From the NCBI RefSeq assembly GCF_006345805.1, contig NC_043006.1, positions 3,100,001-3,164,000 of the forward strand: a DNA stretch of 64,000 nucleotides. The letters are read 5' to 3'. The notes below the pieces were generated by a model. That model was not told the origin of the DNA. It worked only from the letters and a program-made list of their open reading frames with translations, and did no database searches. Shown in pieces: positions 13,235 to 25,400 of the stretch (positions within the stretch are counted from its first letter, which is position 1; the number at the start of each line of letters is the position of its first letter). This stretch comes from Octopus sinensis. Its lineage: Eukaryota. Made by a program: the position numbers and the translations under genes.

Positions 13235-13503
13235 CATCCATCCTCCATCCATCCATCTCATCCATCCATCCATCCATCCATCCATCCATCATCCATCCAT
13301 CTATCTATCTATCTATCTATCTATCATCTATCCATCCATCCATCTCCATCCATCCATCCATCCATCCATCCTCCATCCATCCATCCATCCATCCATCCAT
13401 CATCCATCCATCCATCCATCTATCTATCTATTCTATCTATCTATCCATCCATCCATCCTCCATCCATCCATCCATCCTCCATCCATCCATCATCCATCCA
13501 TCC

Positions 13504-13542
<39 letters not shown>

Positions 13543-13571
13543 CATCCATCCATCCATCCATCCATCCATCC

Positions 13572-13650
<79 letters not shown>
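13123..13650. repeat. Complex (ATCT)n/(ATCC)n microsatellite
   Basis: Directly visible. It explains the PSIH/YLSI ORFs. Confidence 0.97.
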
Positions 13651-13651
<1 letters not shown>

Positions 13652-14950
13652 GGTGGTCACTCTCGCCCAGCATGGGCCGAGAGGAAACTGTCCCTAAAAG
13701 GTCGGGCGGAGGTGGCGAACACGTACATCGCGTCCATCATCTACTACCGCCTGACCGTCGTACCTTGTCCCGACCCTACCATCACCAAACTAGAACGCAT
13801 TCTCTTCCGCTTCTTGTGGGAAGGATGCGTCCCGATGGTCGGGCGATCCATTTGCTGTCAACACCCGTTAAAAAGAGGGCTGGGTATGCCATGGTTGATG
13901 ATGCGCAGACACGACGGTGAACAGGTGTGGTCGCCGTTTGTGAGGCACGCGTTCCCGCAGATCGTCTCCATGACCGAACTGCAGTCGTGGATCAAAAAGA
14001 GGCCGAGGAAGGGCGAATGGCACCGCGAGTGTCGCGTTGCTCTCAAGCAACTCTGCCGTCCCGGGTCGACCTTGAGTGACTTCAACACGACCAAAGCTTT
14101 CTATAGGGGATTAGAGGAGGGGAGGTACGACGACGATCTTGGGGCAAACCTGGACGTCGACGAGGAATACCTGACCCGCCTGTTTGAAACGACTTTCGGG
14201 CCAGGACCTATGGACAACTTCCAGAGATCCCTGGCCTGGCGGTGCTACCGAGAAGCGCTAACCGTTCGGGATAAGCTCTATAGGCATGGCTCGAGAAACA
14301 CGGGGCCGACCTGCCCGAGATGCGGGCAGAGCGACGAAACCGCTCTGCACGCAATCGTGCAGTGTCCAACAATCTCCGACCTGTGGGCTTATGTCGAACG
14401 ACTGCTGTCACGTGTGGGACGTGTCGGTTTATCAGCCCAGTCTATCGTTAATATCGTCACGCCTCCTTCCTTCAAACAGGAAGGAAGAGCTATTTTTATC
14501 ATACTTGTGGCTATGGCGAAAGAATGTATCTGGTGGACGCGCCTGAAAGGATTAGAGACAAACAATTTCCTCTCTGGTCAATCTCTCATCAACTTCTTCA
14601 AGTATCACTCGAAGAGGAAAGTGAGAGTAGAGAGGCAAGTTTTGTCTAGTGAATGTTTTAAAAAAAGATGGGTGAATGTAGCAAGGATGACACGTATGAA
14701 TGACGAAGCCACCTTGACTATGATTCTATGAACCGTAAAAATTAATACAGAGAGTTGCTTATTTGCAAAAAAAAAAAAAGAAATATAACATGTGACTTCA
14801 TTGACCGAGGTTACCGTGGTCTTTTCCGTAGGCTTTTCTTTCCACAGGTAAACCTCACCTGTCCTCCCCTTTACACTTCATATTGACATTTCTGTGATAA
14901 CGATCCCTATTGATCAAATTCCCCCCTCTTTTTTTAAATTTAATTTTATT
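13651..14950 (+). mobile_element. Tx1/L1-clade LINE, 5'-truncated 3' fragment
   Basis: [26 protein letters not shown] thumb region and [18 protein letters not shown] zinc knuckle, followed by a 3' UTR. Confidence 0.85.
13712..14731 (+). CDS. Open 339-codon C-terminal part of Tx1/L1 ORF2 (post-RT region plus CCHC); a fragment, not a complete gene
   Basis: ORF track; CCHC motif; lacks the endonuclease and RT core. Confidence 0.75.
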   Translation: MANTYIASIIYYRLTVVPCPDPTITKLERILFRFLWEGCVPMVGRSICCQHPLKRGLGMPWLMMRRHDGEQVWSPFVRHAFPQIVSMTELQSWIKKRPRKGEWHRECRVALKQLCRPGSTLSDFNTTKAFYRGLEEGRYDDDLGANLDVDEEYLTRLFETTFGPGPMDNFQRSLAWRCYREALTVRDKLYRHGSRNTGPTCPRCGQSDETALHAIVQCPTISDLWAYVERLLSRVGRVGLSAQSIVNIVTPPSFKQEGRAIFIILVAMAKECIWWTRLKGLETNNFLSGQSLINFFKYHSKRKVRVERQVLSSECFKKRWVNVARMTRMNDEATLTMIL

Positions 14951-14954
14951 TTAT

Positions 14955-17072
14955 TTTAGATAGTTAATAATTTAGCTCAAAAAGCAAAAAGCAAGGCCAT
15001 GTAGGGGGACATGGAGTTATGTACAGGGAGGGTGTTCATGCAAAGAGTTCAGGCCACTTGTGGTCAAGGGAGACTTTAAACCGAGCGGTCGTCGGCATCT
15101 CGTCCGGCAGCTTATTCCACGGATCCGCATCCCGGACGGAGAAAGCCCCTCTCCTTCGATTGAGATGAAATCGTCGCAGATAGAGCTTTTCGGAGTGACC
15201 CCGCAGCCGACGCTCTGGAGCAGGAGTGAAGAACAGCTCTTTCGAGAGGTTACACTTTCCGCTTATGATGTGAGAAAGAATGAGATCGCCACGGCGGCGG
15301 CGTTTTTCTAGAGAATAAAGGTCGAGCGTCTTCAGCCTTTCTTCATAAGACAAATTCTTGAGACCAAGAACCATGCGGGTAGCCAGCTTCTGGACTCTTT
15401 CGAGATGCTGTATGTCTTTGAGGAGATAAAGAGAAGAGGCTTGAATCCCGTACTCCAATATGGGTCTCACCAGCGTGACATAGAGTGGTAGGAATATGGC
15501 TGCTGTGAGCATTCCGAATGACCGTCGAATCAAGAACAGAACTCTGCGTGCTTTGTTGGCAGCATGGACGCACTGGGCCGAAGGCGAAAAGGAGGAATCC
15601 ACCAAGATACCCAGGTCCTTTACCTGATCGGTCCTCTCCAGCAGCAGACGACCCGGCTCAAAATCAAGTTGAGTTGCAGGAGAAGAGCCAACAAGCAGAT
15701 GACAGCACTTTGACACGTTCAGACACAGGTCTCATTCGTTAGACCATCTCCAAATATGGTGGAGGCATCGACGAAGATCTTCTATATCACCGCGGGGAGC
15801 GACCAGTTTGACATCGTCGGCAAATAGAAGGGTGTGTTGCGTGAGGTCGTCGGGTAAGTCATTTATGGAGACTAAGAACAATAAGGGCCCAAGCACTGAA
15901 CCTTAAGGCACGCCACTGTTCGCACTGGAGACGTCGGATCGCGAACCATTAACTTGGACTTGGAAGGAGCGATCTGAGAGGAAGGCACCAACCCATCGTA
16001 CAATATCCGGATGGAAACTATATGCTTGAAGCTTGACAAGTAATAGGCGGTGGTTTACCGAGTCAAAAGCTTTGGCAAAGTCCAATAAAACGATGTCAAC
16101 AGCATCACTATCATCGAGGATGCGCCTCACCAATTCTTCCATTACCAGTAAGTTGGTCAAACATGATCTCTTCGGCACGAAGCCGTGTTGGGAATCAGAG
16201 ATAGAGGCTGTGTTTAGGAGGTGGAGCATCATACTTTTCTTAAGGATGGTTTCGAACATCTTGCTGATTATTGATGTAAGGGAAACCGGTCGGTAGTTAA
16301 GCGGGTCTTCGCGGCTCACTTTCTTGAAAATTGGGCAGATTATCGCTGTTCTCCAGTCCGCAGGTATAACACCCGTCGCCAATGACATATTGAATAGACG
16401 TGTTAAAGGCTCGCAGATGACCGGAGTCAACGCTTTGATAACCCGTGGGTGTATGCCGTCAGGGCCGTGACCCTTGTTGACATCGATGCCTTGAATAACG
16501 CGTTCGACTTCGTCCCGCGTGATGACCAATCTAAGCATTGGAGGTGCCGATCTATCAAATGGAGGGGGTTCACGACCATCATCTTGTTTGAAAATAGTTG
16601 AAAAAGCCTCGGCAAATAATTGACTCTGTTGATAAGGGTCCTCAATCATTACGCCTGCTGAGTCTACCAACGTTGCAATTTGGTTGTTCAAGCGGGAATT
16701 CCGTTGGACATGGACAAAGAAGGTTTTTGGATTGCAACTGGCGTTTGCCGCGATTCTGTATTTATATCTGAAGCGTTCTTCCTTTTCAATTTTCACGGCT
16801 CGGTCTCGTTGAGTTTTGTACACCTCAAAAGCTGCAGTCGAATCCAGATTTTTGAATTCAGCCCAAGCAATATGTCTGAGTCGAAGTTCCCGTTTAACCT
16901 TCTTCGTCACCCAGGGCTTGTGTTTCTTCTTCTTGGGAAGCCCAATGGGAACTGCCTGGTCAGTCAACAAGATTACATATGCTTTGAGGGACGACCATAG
17001 TTCGTCAACTGAGGACAACGTCATCAGGGATCGCCAGTCCAGAAGCGCGGAAGCCTCGGTTAGAATTCTATA
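14955..17072 (-). mobile_element. CR1-type LINE, 5'-truncated, RT with premature stops
   Basis: GPDGIHP, NYRPVSLTS, SQHGF..RSCLTNL, LDFAKAFDSV, SGVP*GSVLGP, FADDVK, LVRPILEY, ERVQKLATR. Confidence 0.95.
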
Positions 17073-17074
17073 TA

Positions 17075-17164
<90 letters not shown>

Positions 17165-17362
17165 CTTATTATTTTACTTGTTTCAGTCATTTGACTGCGG
17201 TCATATATATATGTATATATACATGTGTGTGTATGTGTATGTGTGTGTGTGTTTGTGAGTGTGTATGTGTATAATATATATATATATATATTGTCCCATT
17301 GCATTTGCACACCGCACACACACACACACACACACAACACCACCACACACAAACACAACACA

Positions 17363-17395
<33 letters not shown>

Positions 17396-17614
17396 CACAC
17401 ACACATACACACACACACCACACACACACACACATCCTTACTCACCGATCCATCATATTCACACACGTGCACCCAAGCAAGCGCAAACACGCCCAGACAC
17501 AGACACGTATTTATGTTTGAACGACGAGAAACGTATATACAGTAAACACATGTAGACAAACACACGTACACACACACACACGCGCACACACACACACACA
17601 CACGCCCCCCCACG

Positions 17615-17645
<31 letters not shown>

Positions 17646-17740
17646 GTACATACTACATACACTGCATATACATGTATACATGCACGCACACTCACAAGCA
17701 CTCAAACACACACACGCACACAGACACACACACACACACA
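17075..17740. repeat. (ATCT)n, (TG)n and (CA)n compound microsatellite region
   Basis: Directly visible. Confidence 0.9.
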
Positions 17741-18436
17741 GAATAAGAGAAGCAGAGAGAGAAAGAAACGGAGAGGAAGACAGAATCGAGAAACCGAGTG
17801 AGTGAGTGAGTGTGAGAGTGAGTGAGTGAGTGAGTGTGAGAGTGAGTGAGTGTTTATCTGTGTCGGAGTGAACAGCACCGAACCGTAAAATTGGTCTAGA
17901 CGCTATACAGTGATCGTATAACAGTGTGATATGCAGTATGCAAAGGAAAGAAACCGTGTTGTTGTTGCTGTTGCTGTTACTACAATTATCCCAGTCGTTG
18001 TTGTTGTTGTTGTTGTTGTTGTTGCTGTGCTGTTGTTGTCATTGAGGTTGTTCATACAATTGTTGGTTTTGTTGGTAAATTTGATTTAAACATTTTATGC
18101 AACTACAATATTCGGTTCTTTATTTTCACGAAACGCTACTTAATCCCAGAGTGCCACGTTTGTTCTTGCCACACAGACCAATTCCTCAATTACTCTGTTC
18201 TACGAACTGAAAACTGTGAGTTGATGGAGTAAACAAAAACAACAGACAAACAAAAAAAAAAGGAAAAAAAACAGAAAAAATAAAAATAAATAAATACAAA
18301 GAACTGGGGGGGGGGAGTGAATTGTTGAACTCCATCTCAGAAGAGGATCTAACCAAAAATCTAAAGACACATACAAGAAAGGTTCCGGGGGGAAATGTTT
18401 TGCGTTGCAGACAAAGACTAGCAAGTGAAATGCTGT

Positions 18437-18586
18437 ATGGAGACGTTTGGAGTCCATCAAAAACTCGATTTTCCAGATGGTTTCGGTTTAATATGTGTAG
18501 CTCTTTTTATTGTCCTTTTCTTGTGCACCTATATTGCTCTGCTTATAATATGGCGCTGGAATACTCGTCATCTGAAGCAGGTTTAG
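18437..18586 (+). CDS. Candidate single-pass membrane micro-ORF (49 aa) or TM-encoding exon 18477-18580
   Basis: METFGVHQKLDFPDGFGLICVALFIVLFLCTYIALLIIWRWNTRHLKQV*. Contains a 24-residue hydrophobic run plus basic residues; TTTTCCAG acceptor at 18476 and CAG|GT at 18580. Confidence 0.4.
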   Translation: METFGVHQKLDFPDGFGLICVALFIVLFLCTYIALLIIWRWNTRHLKQV

Positions 18587-18793
18587 AAGAAAGGCGAATC
18601 ACTGGACGAACATAAGATTTTCATTATGAATCTTGTTACCAAAAGCTGAACCAGAGTTTCAGATTCTCCACACTCACGTACGTTTTCTTTGACAGACTAC
18701 TTGATTTATACGTTTTTCGTCAACCCCACAAGCGTCCTGTACGAAGCCCTGTGATTTAAAGTCATGTTGAGAAGTTTCTCTGAGAGAAAATAT

Positions 18794-19191
18794 ACTTTTC
18801 TACACAAGGAACAAGGCCCGAAATTTTTGAGGCGGAAGCCAGTCGATTAGATCGACCCCAGTACGCAGCTGATACTTAGTTTATCGATCCCGAGAGAATG
18901 AAAGGCAAAATCGACTTCGGCGGAATTTGAACTCAGAACGTAAAGACAGATGAAATACCTATTTCTTCACTACCCACAAGGGACTAAACACAGAGGTGAC
19001 AAACAAGGTCAGACAAACGGATTAAGTCGATTACATCGATCCCAGTGCGTAACTGGAACTTACTTTATCGACCCCGAAAGGATGAAAGGCAAAGTCAACC
19101 TCGGCGGAATTTGAACTCAGAACACAAAGACAGATGAAATACCGCTATGCATTTCGCCCGCGTACTAACGTTTCTGCCAATATGCCGCCTT
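18794..19191 (-). mobile_element. SINE family B dimer with 15-bp TSD
   Basis: TCTGAGAGAAAATAT at 18779-18793 and 19192-19206. Confidence 0.9.
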
Positions 19192-19270
19192 TCTGAGAGA
19201 AAATATTATAGCTAGTTCTACTATAGGTTTGTATTTACATCATAAATGTTACGCAAACCGGTACACACAT

Positions 19271-19322
<52 letters not shown>

Positions 19323-19721
19323 ATAAATACATATGTATATACGACGGGCTTCTTTTAATTTCTGTCTTCTAGATCTACTGAGATGTCGGTCGAACCGAAG
19401 CTATAGTCGAAGACACTTGCCCATGGTGCCATGCAGTGGACCTGCACACGCGCGCGCGCGCGCGCACACACACACACACACATACACACACACACACACA
19501 AACCTGTGTGTATGTGTATTTATGTATGCATGTGTAAAGAAAGAAGTGTTCTGAGGGTCCCTACAGTTGTTTAGGACGTGTTTTTTATTGATTAACAAAT
19601 CAATTAAATCATGTAAAAAAATCCGTTTCCTTCAAACGAATGAAACTAGAAATAAAATTTAGGATTTAGGATTGGAAAATACAAAGAGTATATAATGAAT
19701 CTGGGTGCCGGTTGGATCCTG

Positions 19722-19745
19722 TGTATGTGTGTGTATGTGTGTGTA

Positions 19746-19780
<35 letters not shown>

Positions 19781-19825
19781 ATGTGTGCAGTTATGCATGT
19801 ATGTGTGTGTGTGTATGTATGTATG

Positions 19826-19857
<32 letters not shown>

Positions 19858-20200
19858 GTATGTATGTATGTATGTATGCAGTTATGCATGTATGTACGTG
19901 TGTGTATGTATGTATTTGTGTGTATGTGTATGTATGCATGCAGTTATGCATGTATGTATGTATGTATGTATGTATGCATGTATGTGTGTGTATGTATGTA
20001 TGTATGTATGTATGTATGTATGTATGTATGTATGTGTGTGTGTAGTATGTATGTATGTATATGTATGTATGCATGTATGCATGTATGTATGTATGTGTGT
20101 GTATATGTATATATGTATGCATGTATGTATGTGTGTGTATATGTATATATGTATTTGTGTATATGTGTATGTATGTACATGTGTGTGTGTGTGTGTGTAT
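19722..20200. repeat. (TG)n/(TATG)n compound microsatellite
   Basis: Directly visible. Confidence 0.95.
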
Positions 20201-20394
20201 GTACAGGAAACACGAGTCACGAGGCACAATCTTAGTTTCGGCTTCAATAAAATAAACCATGTCCTCTACAATATTTATCGAGCACTCATTTCACATTCCA
20301 TTTGTTTAAAGAAAGGTACAAGCGTTTCTGTGTGACACACACACACACACACACACACACAACACCACACACATGCACGCACGCGCACACACGA

Positions 20395-20440
20395 ACACTT
20401 ATTCTATTGGTTATTTTGCCGAACCGCTAAGTTACGGGGA

Positions 20441-20478
<38 letters not shown>

Positions 20479-20620
20479 CATACATATATATACATATATT
20501 TCCGTTTCCGTCTACCAAATCCACTCACAAGGCTTTGGTTGGCCCGAGGCTATAGTAGAAGACACTCGTTCCCAAGGTGCTACGCAGTCGGACTGAACCC
20601 GGAATCATGTGGTTAGGAAG
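20395..20620 (-). mobile_element. SINE family A (partial)
   Basis: Homology to other A copies. Confidence 0.8.
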
Positions 20621-20650
20621 GAGACTTCTTGCCACAAATCTACTCTGCGC

Positions 20651-20771
<121 letters not shown>

Positions 20772-21102
20772 GAGAGAGAGAGAGAGAGAGAGACGTAAGA
20801 TGGAAAATGCGAGAAAGTTTATTGACCATTCCAATTGTTTCGACCCATCTCTAGCATCGATCTCCCACTGGTGGAATACTGAACCTCTGCTTTATATATA
20901 TATATATATATATATATACATACATATATATATATATATATCTGTCGGTGTAGATGTGTCTTTTCATGTGATTGCAGGATGTATTCGTTAAAATAACGTC
21001 TGTTGTGTAACATTTCTGGTCGGTATTAAGGGATACCACTTTATTATTATAGAAGATCAATAACAAACATCAGACAGATATATGCACGCATAATTACATA
21101 GT

Positions 21103-21174
21103 GATTCTGAGATGTAATGGCGTGCACTTTGGATTTTGAATACAGCAATCCGAGTTCGAGTCTCGGTTGAAATT
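21103..21174 (+). pseudogene. tRNA-Gln(TTG) pseudogene or tRNA-Gln-derived SINE head
   Basis: About 55 of 72 nt match the metazoan tRNA-Gln consensus as recalled. A box TGTAATGG, B box GAGTTCGAGTC, anticodon TTG. Acceptor and anticodon stems carry mismatches. Confidence 0.75.
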
Positions 21175-21949
21175 CAACTGACTTACACTTTCGTCTGCGT
21201 TACCTAGCAACTTTTCTGCCGAAGAGCCTGATGGAATAAGTACAAGGTTAAAAATATATCTTGGGGTCGATTTGTTTGACTAAACACTTTAAGATATGTA
21301 TGTATGTGTGTGTATGTGTATGTATGTATGTAAAATCGTGTGTGTGTGAGAGAGTGTGTGTGTATGTCTTTGTGTACAGAGAGAGGGTGGGAGAAGGGGA
21401 AAGCGGGATAGACAATGAGAGAGAGAGAGAGAGAGACAGAGAGAGAGAGAAAGAGTGAGAGAGAAGTGGGGAAGAGCGAGTGAGCGAGAAGGAGAAAGAG
21501 GAACGAGTAACAGCGAAGAATGAAGGTCAAAGAGGAGGTCGCATGAACTAATTCTGAAACGGATAGTGAAAATAGGTGAAGAGGAAAAGAAAAATGCTAG
21601 ACTTTAAGAATGAAAGAGGATGTGAAAAGGGACGAACGAGATATTTATCGATAGAAAGCGTGACGAAGAGAGTGAGAGAGAAAAAAGAGAGGGAAGAGAG
21701 AGAGAGAGAGAGGAGGGGAGAGGTAGTAAGTGAGAGCATTGACTGGTACATATGGTCGTCTGCTGCAAGCTAATGGAGCTGGGAAGTCACGTAGACATAT
21801 TTGTACCGCTTAGGAGAGGACGACTCAATGAAGTTATACAATGGAAACACTATTATATATCTACACTTGTCAGCTGGCTTACAATAGACATTCTGTATAA
21901 AGACCACGTTGTCGTCATCGTCGTCATCGTCGTCAACGCCGTCGTAGTT

Positions 21950-21978
21950 TTCTTCTTCTTCTTCTTCTTCTTCTTCTT

Positions 21979-22009
<31 letters not shown>

Positions 22010-22727
22010 GTCTTCTTCTTCTTCTTCTTCTTCTTCTTCTTCTTCTTCTCCTCCACCTCCTCCTCCTTCTTCACTATCAATGAAACTCTGGCTCTTCTCC
22101 TCCTCCTCCTTCTTCTTCTTCTTCTTCTTTTTCTTCTTCTTCTTTTTCTTCTTCTTTTTCTTCTTCTTCTTCACTATCAATGAAACTCTGGCTCCTCTTC
22201 TTCTTCTTCTTTTTCTTCTTCTTCTTCACTATCAATGAAACTCTGGCTCCTCTTCTTCTTCTTCTTCCTCTTCTTCTTCTTTTTCTTCTTCTTTTCTTCT
22301 TCTTCTTCTTCTTCTTCTTTTTCTTCTTCTTCTCCTCCTCCTCCTTCTTCACTATCAATGAACCTCCTCCTTCTTCTTCTTTTTCTTCTTCTTCTCCTTC
22401 ACTATCAATGAAACTCTGGCTCTTCTTCTTCTTCTTCTTCTTTTTCTTCTTCTTCTTCTTCTTTTTCTTCTTCTTCTTCTTCTTCTTTTTCTTCTTCTTC
22501 TCCTTCACTATCAATGAAACTCTGGCTCTTCTTCTTCTCCTCCTTCTTCTTCTTCTTCTTCTTCTTCTTCTTCTCCTTCACTATCAATGAAACTCTGGCT
22601 CCTCTTCTTCTTCTTCTTCTTCTTTTTCTTCTTCTTCTCCTTCACTATCAATGAACCTCCTCCTCCTCCTTCTTCTTCTTCTTCTTCTTTCTTCTTCTTC
22701 TTCTTCTACTTCTTCTTCTTCTTCTTC
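21950..22727. repeat. (CTT)n satellite with eight interspersed copies of core CACTATCAATGAA(ACTCTGGCT)
   Basis: Cores start at 22072, 22172, 22227, 22350, 22400, 22506, 22579 and 22643. Confidence 0.95.
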
Positions 22728-23055
22728 GTGTGAAACTTTCATCCGTTCTATTTCTCTATGTATTCGTATGCCTCCGTCTCTGTGTGATGGAGTGCGATGT
22801 GGTGTGTGTGTATGAGTGTGTGTGTGTGTGTGCGTGTAAATATGCGTATGTCTATGTGTAGGTGTGCGTGTGTGCATGTTTGGTAATTAGACACAGAACC
22901 TGGAAAGGTAGAAAGGTATTTTATATTTCTTTTAATCATTGTCAATTCTTTTGAACTATTTTAAAATTAGTTCGATGTAGGTATGCCTCATCGTCGCAGT
23001 GTGTGTGTGTGTATCCATATGTGTGTGTGCGTGTGTGTGTGTGTGTGTATATATC

Positions 23056-23212
23056 TGTGGTCTGATCAATAAATATCCGGACGGTTGCCATAGTAACGAA
23101 ATTAAAGCACGCAGAGTGAAGCCGCTGGGCAGAGATTGATCTTGAACTCTGCTGCGCATGCGCATTAAGTTTTAACGTTCTGGCTCACTTCCGCCGGAAG
23201 TGCTTGGAAGGA
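23056..23212 (+). mobile_element. Left-end fragment of the fold-back mariner family
   Basis: GGTCTGATCAATAAATATCCGGAC..GCCATAGTAACGAA matches the ends of 32719-33568 and 48349-49238. Confidence 0.8.
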
Positions 23213-23827
23213 CGGTCGCGTATGCGGGACGCGTTTCTCATTACCCTCATCAAGGTCGCCATTAGGATATTCAAACTTGGTGTTATCTGTAACTGCTGCA
23301 TTCCGGTGGGCCAGGGATTTGGAGGGAGGCTAAGGGTTTGGCACAGTGCGAATGAAGGATTTGGATCTTGTTATTTCTAGTTTACAACCAGAGTTCGGTG
23401 ACTAAAACAGGTGGTCTGTAGTCGGGGTGCTTACTAGGGTAGACTCCTGTTACTTTAATACTCTTGTGGTTGGAGTTGTCTATTTGCTGGATGCTTTCCA
23501 TGGTATTAGCTTCTCGTTTGTAGATATTGTCTCGTGGGGATGCAGTTGATTCTATGTTGATATCCTCGACATGGTTAGGGGTGTGGAGCTCCCTGCTAAG
23601 CGTCGTTTGAGTCTCCTGCCCCACCATCTCACCATCTCACCACCGACACCGATGGTCGTATAAATCCTCCCTTAATTACCTTGTCATTTACTCGGCCTTT
23701 CCCCGTATTTACATTAATTTTCACTCTTTCTTTATTTCTCTTTTACTCTCTCTTCCCTCAGTTTCTCTGTACAATATAAAGCGTGACTGAAGGAATAAAC
23801 CAATTAACTAAGATTTATATCGGCCAT

Positions 23828-24045
23828 TCTTACCTTCGCCTTAGCGAAGGCGGAGTTATTGTTTTCAGTCGTGTTTGTTTGTTTGTGTATCCGTGGATAA
23901 GATATCTAAAGAACCACTAGATGGATTTGAATGAAACTTTCAGGGATGTCTGGCCTCGTGACTGGCACGAACTGGTTAGATTTTGGGATCGATCTGGTAC
24001 CGGACAAAGATTCTGGATTATTTGTTATATTTACTTTACTTTACA
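23828..24045 (+). mobile_element. Helentron-associated (HINE/DINE-1-like) non-autonomous element
   Basis: TTACCTTCGCCTTAGCGAAGGCGGAGTTAT hairpin start, (GTTT)n, GGATTTGAATGAAACTTTCAGG..AGATTTTGG pattern. Confidence 0.6.
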
Positions 24046-24600
24046 TGAAGTATTACGATCTCTGATTTTCTCCCTTAAGATGTGCACTGTGTCCAATAAG
24101 GTTGTTTTTTGCAAGACATCATTCTTTCATAGGAATTTCCAGTTGCCTTAAGAAGTTTTGAAGTTTCAATGGGATTGAACCCCGCGCTCCCATCACCACT
24201 GGTATCACTTTTACATTACCCTTTCGCATTCCATACAGTCTTGCCATTTCCACTTCCAATTCGGAGTATTCGGTGATTCTTTCTACCTCTTTACTCACAA
24301 CATTCATGTCATTTGGTATGGCTACATCAATGATCTGACAGTATTTGTCTCTCTTATTCAATATGGCAATATTCAGCCGATGGTGTTCGATTACCCGATC
24401 CATCTGAAAATCATAGTCCCAGAGTATCGTTAGTTTTCCATCCTCCTGCATAACTTTACTTGGTACATGCTCATCCAAGTTCTCTGTTACTTCATATTGG
24501 TATTTACAGCATAAGAGCCAATGAAGATACACACACACTTTATGGTGGCGGCACTTGTATTCTTTTTTGTGCAAGGCTCTCCCATTATATTATTAAGGCG
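24046..24600 (-). mobile_element. R4/Dong-type LINE fragment (RLE domain)
   Basis: KEYKCRHHKV..ILWDY..IIDVAIPND..EYSELEVE..VIPVVMGARG. Confidence 0.85.
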
Positions 24601-24609
24601 GCGGGCTTG

Positions 24610-24805
24610 CAGAATCGTTTGCACGCCGGGAAAATTGCCGAGGGGCAATTTGTTCGTCTTTATGTTCTTAGTTTATTATTCCGTCGAGGTCAACCTTGCA
24701 TTTCATCCTTTCGGGGTCGATAAAATAAGTACCAGTAAATGACTGGGGTCGATGTAATACGACGTACTCCCTTCCCCGAACTTGCTGGCTTTGTGATAAA
24801 ATTTG

Positions 24806-24810
<5 letters not shown>
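24610..24810 (+). mobile_element. SINE family B (diverged)
   Basis: GCAGAATCGTT..GAGGTCAACCTTGCATTTCATCCTTTCGGGGTCGATAAAATAAGTACCAG. Confidence 0.75.
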
Positions 24811-24842
<32 letters not shown>

Positions 24843-24860
24843 TATTATTATTATTATTAT

Positions 24861-25003
24861 TGAGTGAGCGAGCAGAGCATGCCATCAAAGTGACACTGGG
24901 GTAAAATATACGAAGCCCAATATGCCCATCATGACTACCCGTCTGATAAAGGTACACCAGGCACATGCATCACAACCATATGTGCGCGATATGGTGATCT
25001 CAT
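24861..25003 (-). mobile_element. Element X, 3' fragment, with (AAT)n on both sides
   Basis: Homology to other X copies; (ATT)n at 24841-24860 and 25004-25099. Confidence 0.85.
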
Positions 25004-25031
25004 ATTATTATTATTATTATTATTATTATTA

Positions 25032-25099
<68 letters not shown>

Positions 25100-25400
25100 T
25101 TGGTTTGATTCATGTTCGGTCTTATTCCTGGCAGGAATTATGTAGGTAGCGAGTTACTACCTGTATCCACAGGTTTTCGGTGCTGCAGGTTTTCAAGTTC
25201 TGAGAACCCTCCTGATAATTCTTGCTGTCCTGAACAGATAAAAACTTTCTGCAGGAGCTCCACCAGACATTCTATTCCAATCTCCTTCAGCCATTTGTCT
25301 ATATCTTGGTTTACTGTCCCCCACGCCCCAATTATTATTGGCGCGACCTTTACTGCTCGCATGCTCCAAATTCTTCCTATTTCAAACTTTAAGGGACTGT
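25100..25400 (-). mobile_element. R4/Dong-type LINE 3' end with (AAT)n tail
   Basis: FEIGRIWSMRAVKVAPIIIGAWGTV..LLQK, then 3' UTR and tail at 25004-25099. Confidence 0.8.

Noticed and set aside
12993-13650. Long ORFs rich in PSIH/YLSI (also HTYI and VCMY ORFs at 19.6-20.3 kb, 30.8-31.4 kb and 37.6-38.0 kb)
   Set aside because: Products of stop-free tetranucleotide and dinucleotide microsatellites.
21950-22727. CRISPR-like repeat/spacer array
   Set aside because: Spacers are (CTT)n microsatellite rather than unique sequence, lengths vary widely, no cas genes are present, and the context is eukaryotic.
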